DNA from: Mytilus californianus | Taxonomy: Eukaryota | DNA length: 64,000 nucleotides | Assembly: GCF_021869535.1 (NCBI RefSeq) | Contig: NW_026262581.1 | Location: forward strand, 97,588,001-97,652,000 | Direction: 5' to 3' | Part shown: positions 26,901 through 41,900 of the stretch, piece by piece | Layout of the letters: each line of letters starts with the position of its first letter | How positions within the stretch are numbered: the first letter of the stretch is position 1 | Notes under the pieces: model-generated | What the model was told of the DNA's origin: nothing | Database searches by the model: none | What the model saw: the letters and a program-made list of their open reading frames with translations, nothing else | Program-made: the position numbers and the translations under genes

Positions 26901-29900
26901 ATCGTAAGGAGTGAACAGAAAAGTTCCTTCACTACCGACTGTGACTTTGTCTACTCCAGGATCAGTACTCAGTAGCTTAGCATTCAAGTTTCCATTAACA
27001 ACTAAGTATCTGGCTCTGATTTTGTTGTAAGTTGTAGCAACCTGGTAAAAGATCAGAAAAAATGTTTAATGTTCAACTTAAAATAGATGAAGTCATATGT
27101 ACATGTACATCTCATATATTTCTTAAATCTATTTTCTTAAAAATAGTATCTTTAGATTTTTACTCATAAATATTAATGAATTCAATTCTTGCTGCTTTAC
27201 TTTTACACAATGAAGAAAAAAAGATTTTTGGTCTGTGTTTTTACTTTATTTACAAACCTCAGCACCACTGACAATTTTTGGCAATGACTCATCATTCAGG
27301 TACAGGTATCCACTTTCATCTACTACAAATACTTCTATTCTCAGATCAGATCTGTTCAAAGACTTAAATTCTGCAACATTGTTTATCTTTGTTGTACCGT
27401 CTGCCCAGAATGAGTTTGTCAATATAGGACCATCTGCTGTAAATTCAAAATCTCCATAGTAACCTATCTTGAGAGTTTCTGCTCCTGCCCCAAAAGTAAT
27501 GGTCCCTGGCTTGAAAAATCCATTAATATATACGTATAAACATTCAAGTGTTATATTTGCCTCTTTATCCCATACCAGTCTGGATTTAGAACCAGTTATC
27601 TGAAATGACTCACATGGGTGTACAATAGATATTTCATGGTGAAGATTGACAGATCCTAATATAAGAATTTTTTTACCCATATACATATTTGTTGTGACTG
27701 GTATCATATCTACCACACCATTTGCTCCAACTGTAAATTCTTGTATACTGGTAATGTTGATAATGTCACATTTGAAGGTACCAGACACACTGAACTTCTC
27801 TGTGTCTAATGGGAAAATGCTACCACCTGTTAATGGGATCATAGTCATTATACCAGTTGATCCTATGTTCAGGTCAACTGTTGTAAAGTTTTGGATCTCC
27901 ATGGTAAGGTTTCCATTGACAATGACACTTTCATCATTACTGAATGTAATGTTTCCTAAGATGTACAACCATTCTTCAATATAAATAGTAGTCCCAGAGG
28001 CAGGTTCCAGAATACCTTTGGAATACACAAAACAAGGAACTGTGAGAGTGTTGCCAAGTTTAAGTGTAGCTTTCGGAAGAACATGAACAACTGAATTATT
28101 TTTACCATCTGACAATATCTGTGAGACTGAGGTATAATTAGACAGGACCAAGTGTGCTCCAAATGTGAGAACAATCTCATCAAGACTGAAAGAATCATCA
28201 TTTATCCAAGCAACAGCTCCTGTAAAAAATCAATAAAAATGCTTTATATAGTGTTAACATTGTCATTATTATTCTACTAGAAATCATTTGGCATCAGCCA
28301 CATGTGCAATTATCTGTTACCTTGATAAAAGCCAAAAGCAAAATAAAAATAGATGCTGCAATATGCCTTTAGTTTATCTTTGGAGAATAAAACACCTCAT
28401 ATTTTTTTTCTCCAGAGGTAGGCCACATTTTAGATACAATTTTGAAGAAAAAAGTTGTTGTGACGCTTCAGTTAAACTTTACTGATTATGACTGAAGTCT
28501 AATACTTAAAGTATGACTAGCACTTCATTAATGATGCATGAAAATTAGGTCAAGTTAAGATAATCCTTTTCAGGTGGCCAGGGACATGTACACCTTTAAA
28601 TCATTCTATACACCATACACAGTTGACCTTTTACTTATTGTATATGAGAAACTAAACTATTCGTGTAAACCTAATATAGCTGATCAAATGAACCATGAAA
28701 ATGATGTCAAAGTCAGATCAAACCTGTCAGATGAACAAAAAAAAAACTATTATACAGATCAAAGATATTTAACCTATTACATTTAGTAACTCATTAGGAA
28801 AAAGACCTAAACAAGAAACCTTAACACTAACATATTAACCATGAAAATAGGTCAAGTTCAAAATAACAAACTGATATGAAAGTGTATACCTAACAAATCA
28901 GTCTATACACTAATATATAGTTGCCTTCTGATAAAACTAACCTAATCATAAAAAATTAACATTACTTAACCAAAGTCAAAGGTCAAGGTAAAATAAACCC
29001 TGTCAGAAGGACGTAGATGACCATTTACTTACAGTATTTGAGAAACTACTTGTTATCATGAAAATAACTTTGCTTGATGAACCATGAAAATGAAGTCAAG
29101 GTCAGATAACCCCTGTCAGAGTGAAATGTACACCTAATATTATTTACAGATCAAATATAGTTGACCTATTACTTATAGTAACTAAGAAAATTACCTTATC
29201 AAGAATACTTAAATGCTTAACTGATTTTAGGAATTTATAAATACCCTGCCACTCTGGTCTGTTTTTCTGCTTTGTATCGATCTGATGAGTTATGACCATT
29301 ACAACTGATTTTAATAGTTTGTTCTTATGTTGTACTGTTACACCACTGTCCCAGGTGAGGGGAGAGTTGGTGCCTTTAAATATGTTTAACCCCACCACAT
29401 TATATATGTGCCTGTCCCAAATCAGGAGCTTGTAATTCAGTGGTTGTCGGTGGTTCATGTCTGTATTATTTGTTTTTCTAAATTGTTTTGTTATAAATTA
29501 TGCTGTTAGTTTTCTCAATTGAATTGTTCCATATTTTTCATGTCGGGGCCTTAGTAAGCTAAATATATCGTATGGGTTTTTCTCATTGTTGAAGGCCGTA
29601 CGGTTGCCTATAATTACTTACATCCACTTCGTTTGAACTTTTATTGGATAGTTGTCTCATTGGCAATAATATACCACATCTCCTTATTTTATATTACTGT
29701 GGATTCATTTATTTTCGTGGGTACCAATTTTCGTGGATTAAGGAAAACTTACATGTTCGTGGATATTTAATTTCGTGGTTTTGGTGAAGTCTGCATACAA
29801 GCCTATAGAAAATTTGTTATTCGTTGAACATTTAATTTCGTGGTTCACCAGTACCCACGAACTCCACGAAAATTGGTATCCAACGAATAATAATGAATCC

Positions 29901-32900
29901 ACAGTAACACTGTAAGGACATGTACACCATGTATTCTATAAACATAATATGGTTTCTTTTTACTAATAGTATCTGAGAAATTGACCTTTTTACAAAAACT
30001 TAACATAATAAGCCATGAAGATCCTGGGAAGGTCAGACTGACATGTACACCACACAATCATTTTACACCACATACAGTTAACCTTTCATTAACAGTAACA
30101 AGAATCAGACCTTATCATGTTGATCAATACACCATGAATATGAGGTCAGGTCAAATAAGTCCTGTCCTTCTGATGTATACACCTAATAATCATTCTATAT
30201 ATTGTACCATTTATATTTGACCTATTTTTGTAGTATCAGAGAAACTGACCTAATCACAAAAACATAGTGTTTATTGATGTGTCATTAAATTTAGGTCTAC
30301 TTCATATCAACTATTTCAAAGGACCATGTCCACCTTACACCACCCTTGCAGTCAATTTATATAGTTTCTATTCATAAATGTATCAAATTTTTTCATGCAG
30401 TCAGTGAGCTAGGAAATTGAAATAAAGGAGAATAAATATATGACAATATGACAGATGGAGGAAACTTCAGACTATAAGGCATCTGTATCTAAGATGTGGA
30501 TTATTTAGCTTCTCTACCTTCTGAAATATAAAGCTTGATAAAAAAAGTTCATGTTGATGCCCCTGCCAGATAAGCATCCCTATATCTTGCCTTCTGTGAC
30601 ACAGCAATAAGGGGTCAGACTGAATATATAACAAGGTTTTTAATTTAAAGGTGCATAAATGGTTATGACACTAGTATTTGATATGCTTCAGTGAGTATCT
30701 ATCTAAATGATAGTAAGGAAAGTTGATGTCTTAGTTGATACTTTTTTTTCTTGGGACTGTTTTTAACTTTAAAGCAATCACATTTTTATCAAATATTTTA
30801 TTTTCAGTGAGGAAAGTCATATTAATTTAACAGTGGGGACAATCCAAGTAAAAGAAGGTCCTCATTTTTATTCTTACTTTACTTCTCTTAAACTTAAAAT
30901 AAGACATAATGTACTTAATTCATTCAGTAATCTCCTTCAAGTTTTAATAATGAATGATAGAATGTAATTATAAATTACAAACCTGAAGATGCAGCATCAA
31001 ATTGATCACAGTTTTTAATCTTCTTCACTTTAGGGTCTTTTCCTCTGGCATCAATAACTACAGTCCCTACACCAGCACCTGACTGGGCCAAAAATATTGT
31101 TCCAGGGCCACCAGGTCCAGCTAAAACGTAAATATAAAAATAAATGAATGTGGTATGATTGCCAATGAGACAACTCTCACTAGAGACCAAATATTGTTGA
31201 ATTAACAACTATAGGTCACTTTACAGCCTTCCACAATGAGCAGAACCCATACTGCATGGTAAGCTATAAATTAATGAGTATAAAGTATACATATGTTCTA
31301 TAACTGTTTAGAGCTCCAGATAAGCTGCGTATTTGCGTGATCACGCAATACAAATAATTAAAAACCCAATGCAATTGCCCATTGTAGGGTTCAATAACCC
31401 AATTAATTCAAAGGAAAACCCAATTATATGCCAAAACCATGAGTTCTTAACGCTTTTATTCGCTATCGTTTGCGTTATTAACCCTTATCTGATTACAGTC
31501 GTCGCGTAAATCTATTTTTATAATATTTATAATTGGAAATGTCCTTTCGTTCTTAAAATAGAGCCCTGCATCAAGTAGCTGTAATGGGTCCCTGTTGGAA
31601 TTTTCCGTTGCTCAATAGGTACACGTGTTTATGAAAACATTTCGATCTTCTCGGCGTTTATCCAATTAGCGTGTGACATGGTGTCATATTTTTTCGAATT
31701 GCTCGGGATTTATCATAACATACAATGAATTAAAACGAAAGTAAATGTCCGATAAAAATATTGAATAGAAGCATGTTTTCGGCTTCCTTTTGATAGCTGA
31801 GGGAAAGTTATGATGATAACAAGACTCAGCTAGTGATTTTAGGAAGCGTCCATTGAACGCACGGGCGTGTTTGAAGGTACGAGAACATTGCTATAGAACG
31901 ATAAACACGGGGTTTCGTCAAAAACGAAATCAGTTGGAAAAAGTGAAAGGCCAAATCAATAATGACATGATATGTAGTTGGAAAGCGTCGGAAACCAAAA
32001 GTTCTGATAAGGGACAACTTAACCCAGATTTATGTAAATTTAAATAAACAAAAACAGTTTATATATTTTTTTTTCATTTTAGTTGATGAATGAATACACA
32101 TATCCGTTTTTTACGTCAAATTATGCAGCTTGACACTTTCTTTGTTCTGGTCTAATTGTTCTGGATGCTTAAGATAGTTGTCTTATTGGCAAGTGCAGTA
32201 TAACATTGTCATTTATTTACTTGATGTTGCAGAATTATTTGTAAATCTAAGTTGAATGTGGTCTCCATCATTAAACCACCCTATAAATCTCAAGGTTTTG
32301 GGGTATATCTTAAATCTGGGAACTACTTTTTATTTTTATTAAAAAGTAGATCTGGCAAATAGGTGAAAGGACTGGCAAAACTTTCTTACAGCACCTAAAT
32401 TTCACATATATTACATAAAAATCTAAACACTTAACCACACCTACCCCAACTATAAACTGTAGGGTGATCATATGGGATCTAGAAAGGCAATTAGTTACTG
32501 TCCAACTAGTGACACCAGCTGCAGTTTACATAAGTTTTGAGAAAATACAAAACTGACAGAACGTTTAAAACGGGACACAAATTAAACGTACAATTGCTCG
32601 TCAGTGAATAAACCAAATAAAACAGCTAAGCACATATACAAAGAAAGAAACACATTTAAGATGGAAACACATCTGTGGTTGATATAATGTGATTATAACA
32701 TGCCTAAATATTCAATATTGTGTTGATGAAAAAACCCAATACATTAAGGAGCTTGGTGGTGAAAAACCCAATTTGATATTTGCTTGAGGGGTGAATTGGA
32801 ATTGATAATGCAATTAAAAAACTTTATCACCCAATAACATAAAAAAAATGGTGGGTAAAAACCCCAATTTGTGAATTCTTATCTGGAGCTCTGACTGTTA

Positions 32901-35900
32901 CAATGTTAACCATTCCAACATATTCAGCAGACTAGGAACCACATAGTGTTCTTTGGTTACAATTAGTGGATTGCCCCTTAGGGTATTATCTGTCCAGATG
33001 TCAGTGCTCTACACTAGTCATGATTTGTAACATTGTATTGGGCATTTAAATATATTTTTAGCCTAAACATTTTGTAACTGCTACAGAAACTAAGGTTAAT
33101 GCTTTCATCAAAAAAGTTTACCTTGTATGTTTTGGCATAGTTGCAGTCAAAAAGGTTAAAATATAATCTTGGAATATTATGGAAATTTCTTATCTTGTAT
33201 GGGTTTTTTTTATAATGAAACTTGATATTGCATAATTTTTTATATTTTCAACATTGTTAATACAATGTAACTCACTACAACTGAAATATATATCTAGCAC
33301 ATCATGGATATTTGGAATACCTTTCCAGAGGCCGAAGAAGGGGGTGTCACCCCAAATTCCCGAAAAAATAAAACATTATTTCTCAAATCCTGAAAAAATT
33401 AATCACTAATTCCCAAGTCCCGATAAGTGTAAATCCTGAATCCCACTTAAAGTAAAGGCCCAATTCCAAATTCCAGCAAAAATAAAGGCCCAATCCCTAA
33501 TTCCTGCAAAAATCAAGGCCAAATTGACCTACATCTTGAAATGGGTCCTTCTGACCCTCTTTCTAGGATCTACATGTACTGTTTAAATAAAGTAACAACA
33601 AACCCCTTATTTCTATAACACATTTGGTTAGATTCCCATTAAAAGGATTTTAAAAATTTGAAATAGTTATAGTAGTCTCAGAAACAAATAATTCTATCAC
33701 ATTTAAAATGTGAAGTCTTTTCTGTTGCAATATTTTTGCAACAAACAAACACATCGCAAAAAATTCTAAATTTACACAGTAAATTAATGATAATTCAAAT
33801 CATGATCCCTGCCTCTTAAATTTTATATTAAATGAATAAAAGGAAACATATAGTACTTTTTTTCCCCTGTCATGTTTGTAAGTATGCTTTTGAAGCCTGT
33901 GCAATGTTTTTTTTATGTATTTTTGGATTACCTATACTTATTATGAAGCATGAAAATGAGGTCAAGGTCAGATTAACCCTGCCAGACAGATATATACACC
34001 AAGGTGTTGACTGAATATAGATCTAATCACCAAAACTTAATTGTCATTGATCAATGACCCATGAAGAAGAGGTCAACATTCCATACACCAGATTTAGTTG
34101 ACCTACTGCTTCTTTTATCTTAGATTAAGTTAGAAACAGACCCTTTTAAAAAAGGTCCTACCAGAGACATATATGTATTATATGTCTCTGGTCCTACTAA
34201 ATACGCTTTTGCTGTTTCTTGTGTTAACAATTCAACATCCCCCCTTTTTTTCTTGGAAAACCAGAAAAATTATCATGTTAAGTAAGAGATTTTGGAAAAT
34301 TTACTTGTTTTGTATATCCAATAGTACTGAATGCAAATTATATTTTGTTTTGAAAACTGCGCCACTCTTCTTGAGTTATCGTCCTCCTCGGATATGACTT
34401 GTTACCAATTAAATACAATATTAACAACGCATGAAAATGTGCATTTAAACGGTTCAAATCATACCTGCCAACTGTCACTATTTGCAGGGGATTTCCCCCA
34501 TGGAGGGTCCCAAATGGAAATTTTGAAAGAGCAATTTTGTCCACAATTTAAAACAAAACAATCAATTTACCATGGATATTGGATTGTAAAAGTATGAAAA
34601 AGCAAATAAATAACATTAAAATAAATTTGAAGGACCCTTTAAAGATTTTTAGGACTATGAGAGCCATCTTGCACATAAAACCCCCATGGGCATTTTGAAA
34701 TGTTGGAAGGTATGGTCCAAATGTGTATAAAAAAAAATTAATAGTAACCTTCTAGGCTTAGTCTCAACAACAATTAAAAACTAATCATGTGGTCGGAACA
34801 TTATTATTTCACTACCTTGATAGTACTTCCACGAACGACTATAACATGAAATAAAGGAAGACTAAGTCAGTCGAAACGAAATTGTGACGGTCCTTCAAAA
34901 TCGCTTACGATTTATTGTATTCTCCAAAGTGTCCGGTCGGAATCGAATCAAATCAAATATTTTTTTTTCATTCATTTGTGATATCATTTGTTTCGACTTG
35001 CAAAAAATAATTATCGAATTTTACCTTTAGCTTGATGATTAATTTTGGATTTACATTGTACAAAAAATATTCAAAAAAGGCAGTGGCTATTCTGCCACCC
35101 CGGCAAAATAGCCTCTAAGGTGCTATTTTACCGGCTCCGGCAAAATACCGATTTATCTAGAGTTTTGCTATTTTGCCGGTCTATTTTTCAGATTTTTAAT
35201 CAGACTATATAAAAATAAACTATTTATGCACAAATGATATATGTGGCTAGATGTCAATTACTCTTAGTAGTTGAAATTCTTGAAGTGGAAACATCCGATC
35301 AAATGGAAGCACATGTACAAAGCGAAGTTGCAGATCTAAATGAACAATTGGTAAGCATAACCGATGGTCAAAGTAGTGAAAGTGGTGAAATCGAATTAGA
35401 GAGAGATGACAATAAACTCGAAAATGATTTATTGAACTCTACAGAATCGATTTCGAGTATAGTTTACCACCCACAATGAAAAAGCGGGAGACCAAAGGGA
35501 TTTACACAAACTGTAACATGTGTAATAGGATTACCCAAAAAGCGGGCTCGAAAGAAAAAATGCATTCCTTTTGATCAAAAAGTGTCTAAAGAGACTGACT
35601 TGATTATATTAGTTTGGTTTGTGGGAAAAGAAATACGGCAAAGTCAGCGGTCTGATGATAGAGGAGGAACACGTAGAAACCAGTCCTGAAATAGTTTCAA
35701 GTTCGTATCTAGACAAAATAGTTAATATAAGATTCATAAAGAAATGTTGTACAGACGATGCATGGAAATCCAGGGGCGTAGCTACCCGGAGGCACGACAG
35801 CACGTGCATCCACGTCGTTTTCACCAAAAAAAAAAAAAAAAAACAACAGAGAGAGAGAGAGAGAGGGACAAAGTTAACATATAGGAATTGGTCTTTCTAT

Positions 35901-38900
35901 GTATGCATTTTAAAAACTACCTCAAGAATAAAAGCAAGAGGAATACACATGCAGCGAAATTTTTAATCCTGTAAGACATGTATACATACAACAGGTGTAA
36001 ACTTTGCGGAACTTTTTGTATAACGGGCATTGTTTAGAAAATACTAGCTACATAGTTGTCGGTACCACCACCATACCGTATACTCGCCTTGAGGGAAAAA
36101 AAAGCATAATCCCTTTAGGGTTAACAAAAAAACTTGAACATTATTATTTTCCGCTTCGCCTCAAAGCACACATCTTACTAGAACGAAGACTCTTCAACTC
36201 GTATTGATCAGGAATTATGACTGTTGCCTTGTGAACTAGTTAAAAATTTACTAAGTATGTAGGTCTTGACAACACGAATAGTTCATTTTCACATCAGGTC
36301 AACGGATTCTCGTCCTGGTGTCATGTAATATTTCAGTGTTACCGGACATTAATAACCATTCAAACAATCAATAGTTTCCGTATACTAGTAGATGAGAAGT
36401 TGATACTGCTGTTATAAAAAAAGTACACATTTTCAAGTACATGTATTACGTTTTTATTTATTTTACAAAAAAACATCTTGTATATAGATTCGATAATTCG
36501 AAGTCGTTTCTGTATGGACCGGCAATACGAATGGTTGATTGTAAAAGCATTTAAATAAATTGTTCATTCTAACTCGTTTTACTGGACTATTTAGTCGTTC
36601 GATTTTATAATGAATTCGCTGTCCGAGTCGGACACTAAGCTGCTGATTTTTTTTCGAAAGATACATCAAACTTTTAATACACGTATCTTCACTGTTATCA
36701 TCTAGATATTGTATTTGTTAATTAACAAACCCAGATCATGAAAAAGATCGTGATCAATTTAAAGTACCATTCCCTATGAAAATGTTCATTAATTTCAACT
36801 TCGAGAATTCCTAACTGCGTAAAATTAGAAATTCCTATCTCTCTCTTGTAGAGCTTACCCACAAATGTTTTAAACATCTAAATACATATGTTAAGCAAAA
36901 TATTGGAGAATATTGGAGAATGTGTCCACCAAGTATTTGTTATCCAATGATGTTTATGCTAACAGAAACTCCACATATAGTATTGTGTTTATGTTTATTA
37001 TTTGTTTTTTATACATCTACTTTGCTCAATACAAATACTAGCATATGAAACAAATCTCCATGATTTTAAAAGCTCTCACGGCGTATAAAAACGCAAACGA
37101 CAATGTTTAGTCTTCATTCTACTCGAAGTTAAACAAATAGATGACAAAAAAAACACAACAAAAATGTACAAGTTTTATTACGGTTGTGATTGTTTTGAAA
37201 CGCTTTATATGCGGACCTTCCGGGGGGCTTCGCCCCCCTGGCCTCCTACCAGGGCTTTGCAGTGGACCTACTGGGGGCCTTAGGTGGCCCCCAGACCCCT
37301 CGCCCTTTAGTTTGTGACTCCACTTCATTAAGAAGGTAGCTACGCCCCATAAATCTATTGACAGCATTTTTTTTTATGAAAGTTGAATATAATGTTTATA
37401 TCTGCAATTTTTGCAAAAGTGATGCAGACGCAAAAGAAACAAGTGTTATGTGCAGTTCATGTCTGCAGTGGCAGCATCTTTCTTGTGCCAGACTACAACA
37501 TGCACCAAAAGCAAGGCACTGGTTTTGTAACACTTGTAAAGCATTTTGAGGTTGTTGAATGTTACTTTTTATTTCAAAACTAATAGGATATTTTTATTAA
37601 AAGTTTTAATATTAGAATGTCGATTTTTTATATGGGTTTGCATTCTTTGCTTAATGTGTATTATTTTATTTTTTTTAAAGACATATTTTTAGAGACTTCC
37701 TGTTAAAGTAAAGAAAATTAATTTTACTATTTATGCATTTTTAAAAATGTTTTAAAAAAGACATATTTTTAGAGACCTCTTCTTAAAGTAAAGAATATCA
37801 ATTTAAATATGCACGCTTAGTATAAATGTTTTAAAGAAGACATAGTTGTTTAGAAATTTCTTATTAAAGTGTATGTTTCTATATTTTTTCTATTCTGAAA
37901 ATCTTAATTAAAACCGGCAAAATAGCAAAACTTTATATAAATCGTTATTTTGCTGGAGCCGACAAAATAGCGCTAAGGAGTCTATTTTGCCGGAGCCGGT
38001 AAAATAGCACCTAAGAGGCTATTATGCCGGAGCCGGCAAAATAGCCACTGCCTTTAAAAAAATTCCTAGTTTTAGAAAGGAGTCTTTCTCCCTTCTCTAA
38101 CACTTTTATAGCCTTTATTTTTTTCATATTTCGAAACGATGAAGATGTACAAAGTTGTTAATTGATCAATTATGTTGAAGTGTATAAGGCAAGAGCGAAT
38201 TTGAACGGTGTAGTATAACTGAGGTGTTATGCACACCTTAGTTATGCATTACCCAGATTATGACACAAACAGGTCTCTGGTAATAACATATATATTTTGC
38301 CTATGTTATGTGTTAAAACATATTGTTGTCACTGATTTGTTTGAAGCTTTATTTGCACTAATGCAATATCACAGAATCTAGGACTATTATGCTGACCCAG
38401 ACAGAATATTACACGCTAAATTTTTAAAAGTATGTCCTATGAGAAATAGTATATGTTGCTATACCATAAAACAGAAAATGCCCCGGAACAAAAACCGTAA
38501 AATCAAATTCTGATTAATGAGATATCAATCCCGTCGCAATATTCAATATTATATATATATATATATAACAAAATACACACAGCCGAATAGATAGAAGCGG
38601 CAGACAATCTGAATTATTGCGAGTTTTATCAGACTAGTAAACTTTCATTTTTCATATCTAGTTGAAAATCTGCAATCACGTAAACTTTAATATGCAGATT
38701 AGACTGGTTATATAAAATAATGTTATACATGCTTACCTGTTGTTGTGCTGCTACAGGTTGTTGGTGGAACCGATACAGTACCTGTAATATAAAATATGTT
38801 AATCGTCAGTTTCCTGATGCACAGGTCGATCACAAACGATAGCGAACACACTTAATAGTGTTTAAGTTGAGTAAAATTCTCGATTAAACTAATTTTCTAT

Positions 38901-41900
38901 TCAATTTTAATATTCAATGACACAGTCAATCATTGCTGGGACTATTATACTAATTAGTATAATAGTCCCAGATCATTGTTATTATTTTTTTTCATGAAAA
39001 CGATTCAAACATATGGAAGAAGTCAGCTCCGACTATAAAGATAACGCAAAGAAATTCTGGTCTTATATCAAGAGCAAAGGTCAAGAATGGACAGGAGTGG
39101 CACCGTTAAAAAACAAAATGGGATTTCTGCAAAGTTACAACAAGAGCAAAGCTGACATTCTAAACGACCAATTCCAGTCAGTATTTACCAAAGAAAACCT
39201 TAATAACTTCCCAGATAAAGGAAGAAGTCCATACTCCACCATGAAGGCCATAAAAATTAGCACCAACGGAGTCCACAAATTGTTAAAAAACCTGAAACCT
39301 CATAAAGCTACTGGTCCTGACTCAATACCATCCTTTATACTTAAAGCAGCAGCAGAACAACTTGCTCCTATACTCACAGACCTATACCAAGCATCATTGA
39401 ACACTGGCGAAGTCCCGCAAGATTGGAGAGATGCCCATGTAGTTCCACTTTTCAAAAAAGACGAAAGACACTTAGCATCTAATTACAGACCAGTATCTCT
39501 AACTTCCATCACATGTAAGGTCTTAGAACATATTGTACATAGCAACATCATGGACCACTTTAACAAAAATGAAATACTAACTGATGCACAACACGGATTC
39601 CGCAAAAGACGATCATGCGAATCCCAACTCATCATAACCATCAACGACATTGCATCAAAATTAAAAAAGCAGCAGCCAAGTAGACATCATCCTGCTAGAC
39701 TTTGCAAAAGCATTTGACAAGGTACCACATCACCGCCTACTACACAAGCTGGCATACTATGGCGTCAACCCCAAAACCAACAAATGGATTCGCTCCTTCC
39801 TACATAACAGGAAGCAGAGCGTAATACTAGAGGGAGCCGTCTCCACACAAGTACCAGTACTCTCTGGTGTACCCCAAGGCACAGTCCTTGGTCCATTACT
39901 GTTCCTGGCCTACATTAATGACATGCCAGAAACAGCATCTACATCAGAGACCAAATTATTCGCGGATGACAGCCTTCTCTTTCGTACTATCACCAACTAA
40001 TCTAATTAAAATATAGATCTCGGATTTCGTTATACTACGTTATACTACATACGAAGATCTAACAAGTACCCTACAAGGTTTCACTTTTGTGACCTTATAT
40101 AACGATATATTTGACCCCAGAAAGTATTTATATCGACCAATCAGAATGCTCCTTATAAACGCGACCTAGGAACATGTTGAAGATGGCGACGTAGAAATGG
40201 AAAAACAACATAGAAAATGCATTAACTGAAATTTTGCCTTAGTACAAAGTGAAAGAATTGAAATTTGAGAAGAGACAAATTTTGGAAATCAAAGATTGCA
40301 TGGTCAGGCTTCCAACATGCTTCAAACGGGCTATGGAAAGAGTTTACATACCAGATTATGGCAGATATCTGCTACCCGATAATCAAGTCTGCATTCAAAG
40401 GTAAATTCTCGAAAATAGAGTATTAAAGGTTGACATTTTTCTATCATTGGGCAACTTCTCGAGTGTTTATTAAAAAAAATCTTTGTGGAGGATTCACAGT
40501 GTACTTTAAAAAAACATGACAATATCCCAGAAAATACATTGCAACTTGCAAGTCTTCATTCTCCTACCAAAAAATTATAATTTACAAAGTCAATGAAGAT
40601 ATGGGATCAGATAAATCTAAATTCATTGGTAATAGTATATAAATCATAATGTCATCTTATTAATGATATTCTACTGTGTACTTGCAAAGATATACATGTA
40701 TACTTATGCCAGCACATGCAGAAGAAGTTTTAATATCAGCATACTTTTCTGTCACACACTGATACATGTTGATATCATGTGGTGCTCCAGATAATTGTTA
40801 GGGGAAATTTTCTGCCAAGAAAGAAATTAATTGTTCACTATTCTTGGACTCGGCTACAGTGGGTCAGAATGGCAATTAGTGTTTCAGTGTTCATTAAATA
40901 TTAGTTTAATGCTTTGTGAGAAAAATAACTTCATCCTGTTTATGTACATATAAAAAAGAAGATGTGGTATTATTGCCAATGAGACAACTCTCCACAAGAG
41001 ACCAAATGACACAGAAATTAACAACTATAGGTCACCGTACAGCCTTCAACAATGAGCAAAGCCCATATCGCACAGTCAGCTATAAAAGGCCCCGAAATGA
41101 CAATGTAAAACAATCAAACGAGAAAAACTAACGGCCTAATTTATGTACAAAAAAAAACAAACGAATAACAAGTATGTAACACATAAACAAACGACAACCA
41201 CTGAATTACAGGCTCCTGACTTGGGACAGGCACATACATACAGAATGTGGCAGGGTTAAACATGTTAGCGGGATCCCAACCCTCCCCTAACCTGGGACAG
41301 TGGTGTAACAGTACAATATAAGAACGAACTATAAAAATCAGTTGAAAGAGGCAAAAAGTGTTACTTTAACCGTTCCAGAACAAATGGTATAATTGCTGAA
41401 TTTTTCATTCCATTCTCTAACTTTAGTTTGCCTCAACCAAATGTTATGAAACTTAAACACAATACTTATTACCAAAAAAACTCAGATCAAGCACAAATTT
41501 GGGTAGCATCACTTTTACCGTTCTTCAGTTATGTCGTTTTATAACTTTATATGATCTGCAAGAGTGGGCATCATCTGTGTCCTGTGGACACATTCCACAT
41601 TTATTGTAGTCTTTTATACTCAAATATTTAGCTTTAACTACATGATTGAGTAACTTTGCAGAGGCGTATTTAGAGGGGGAGCACAGGGGGCTCAGGCCCC
41701 CTTTTTTGGAAAAATTTGGTTGTTTATATAGGGAATCACTGAAGCATGGCTGTACAGGCCCCCATTATGAAGAAAATTTCTGGGTCCGCCACTGCTTTGT
41801 TTTCATTTGTAACATTACTAGTATAAATAATTTTGAAGACTTGATTAAGTAATTATGCTCTTGACTGATAGAATACTCTATCTTTAAATTCAACATGTCT

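Larger units (their letters stand above)
35078..38053. mobile_element. 2976-bp TIR DNA transposon derivative (AGGCAGTGGCTATTTTGCCGG...), followed by TTAA
   Basis: Inverted, internally repeated ends at 35078-35180 and 37915-38053. Right flank is CCT|TTAA; left flank is degraded. Confidence 0.8.
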
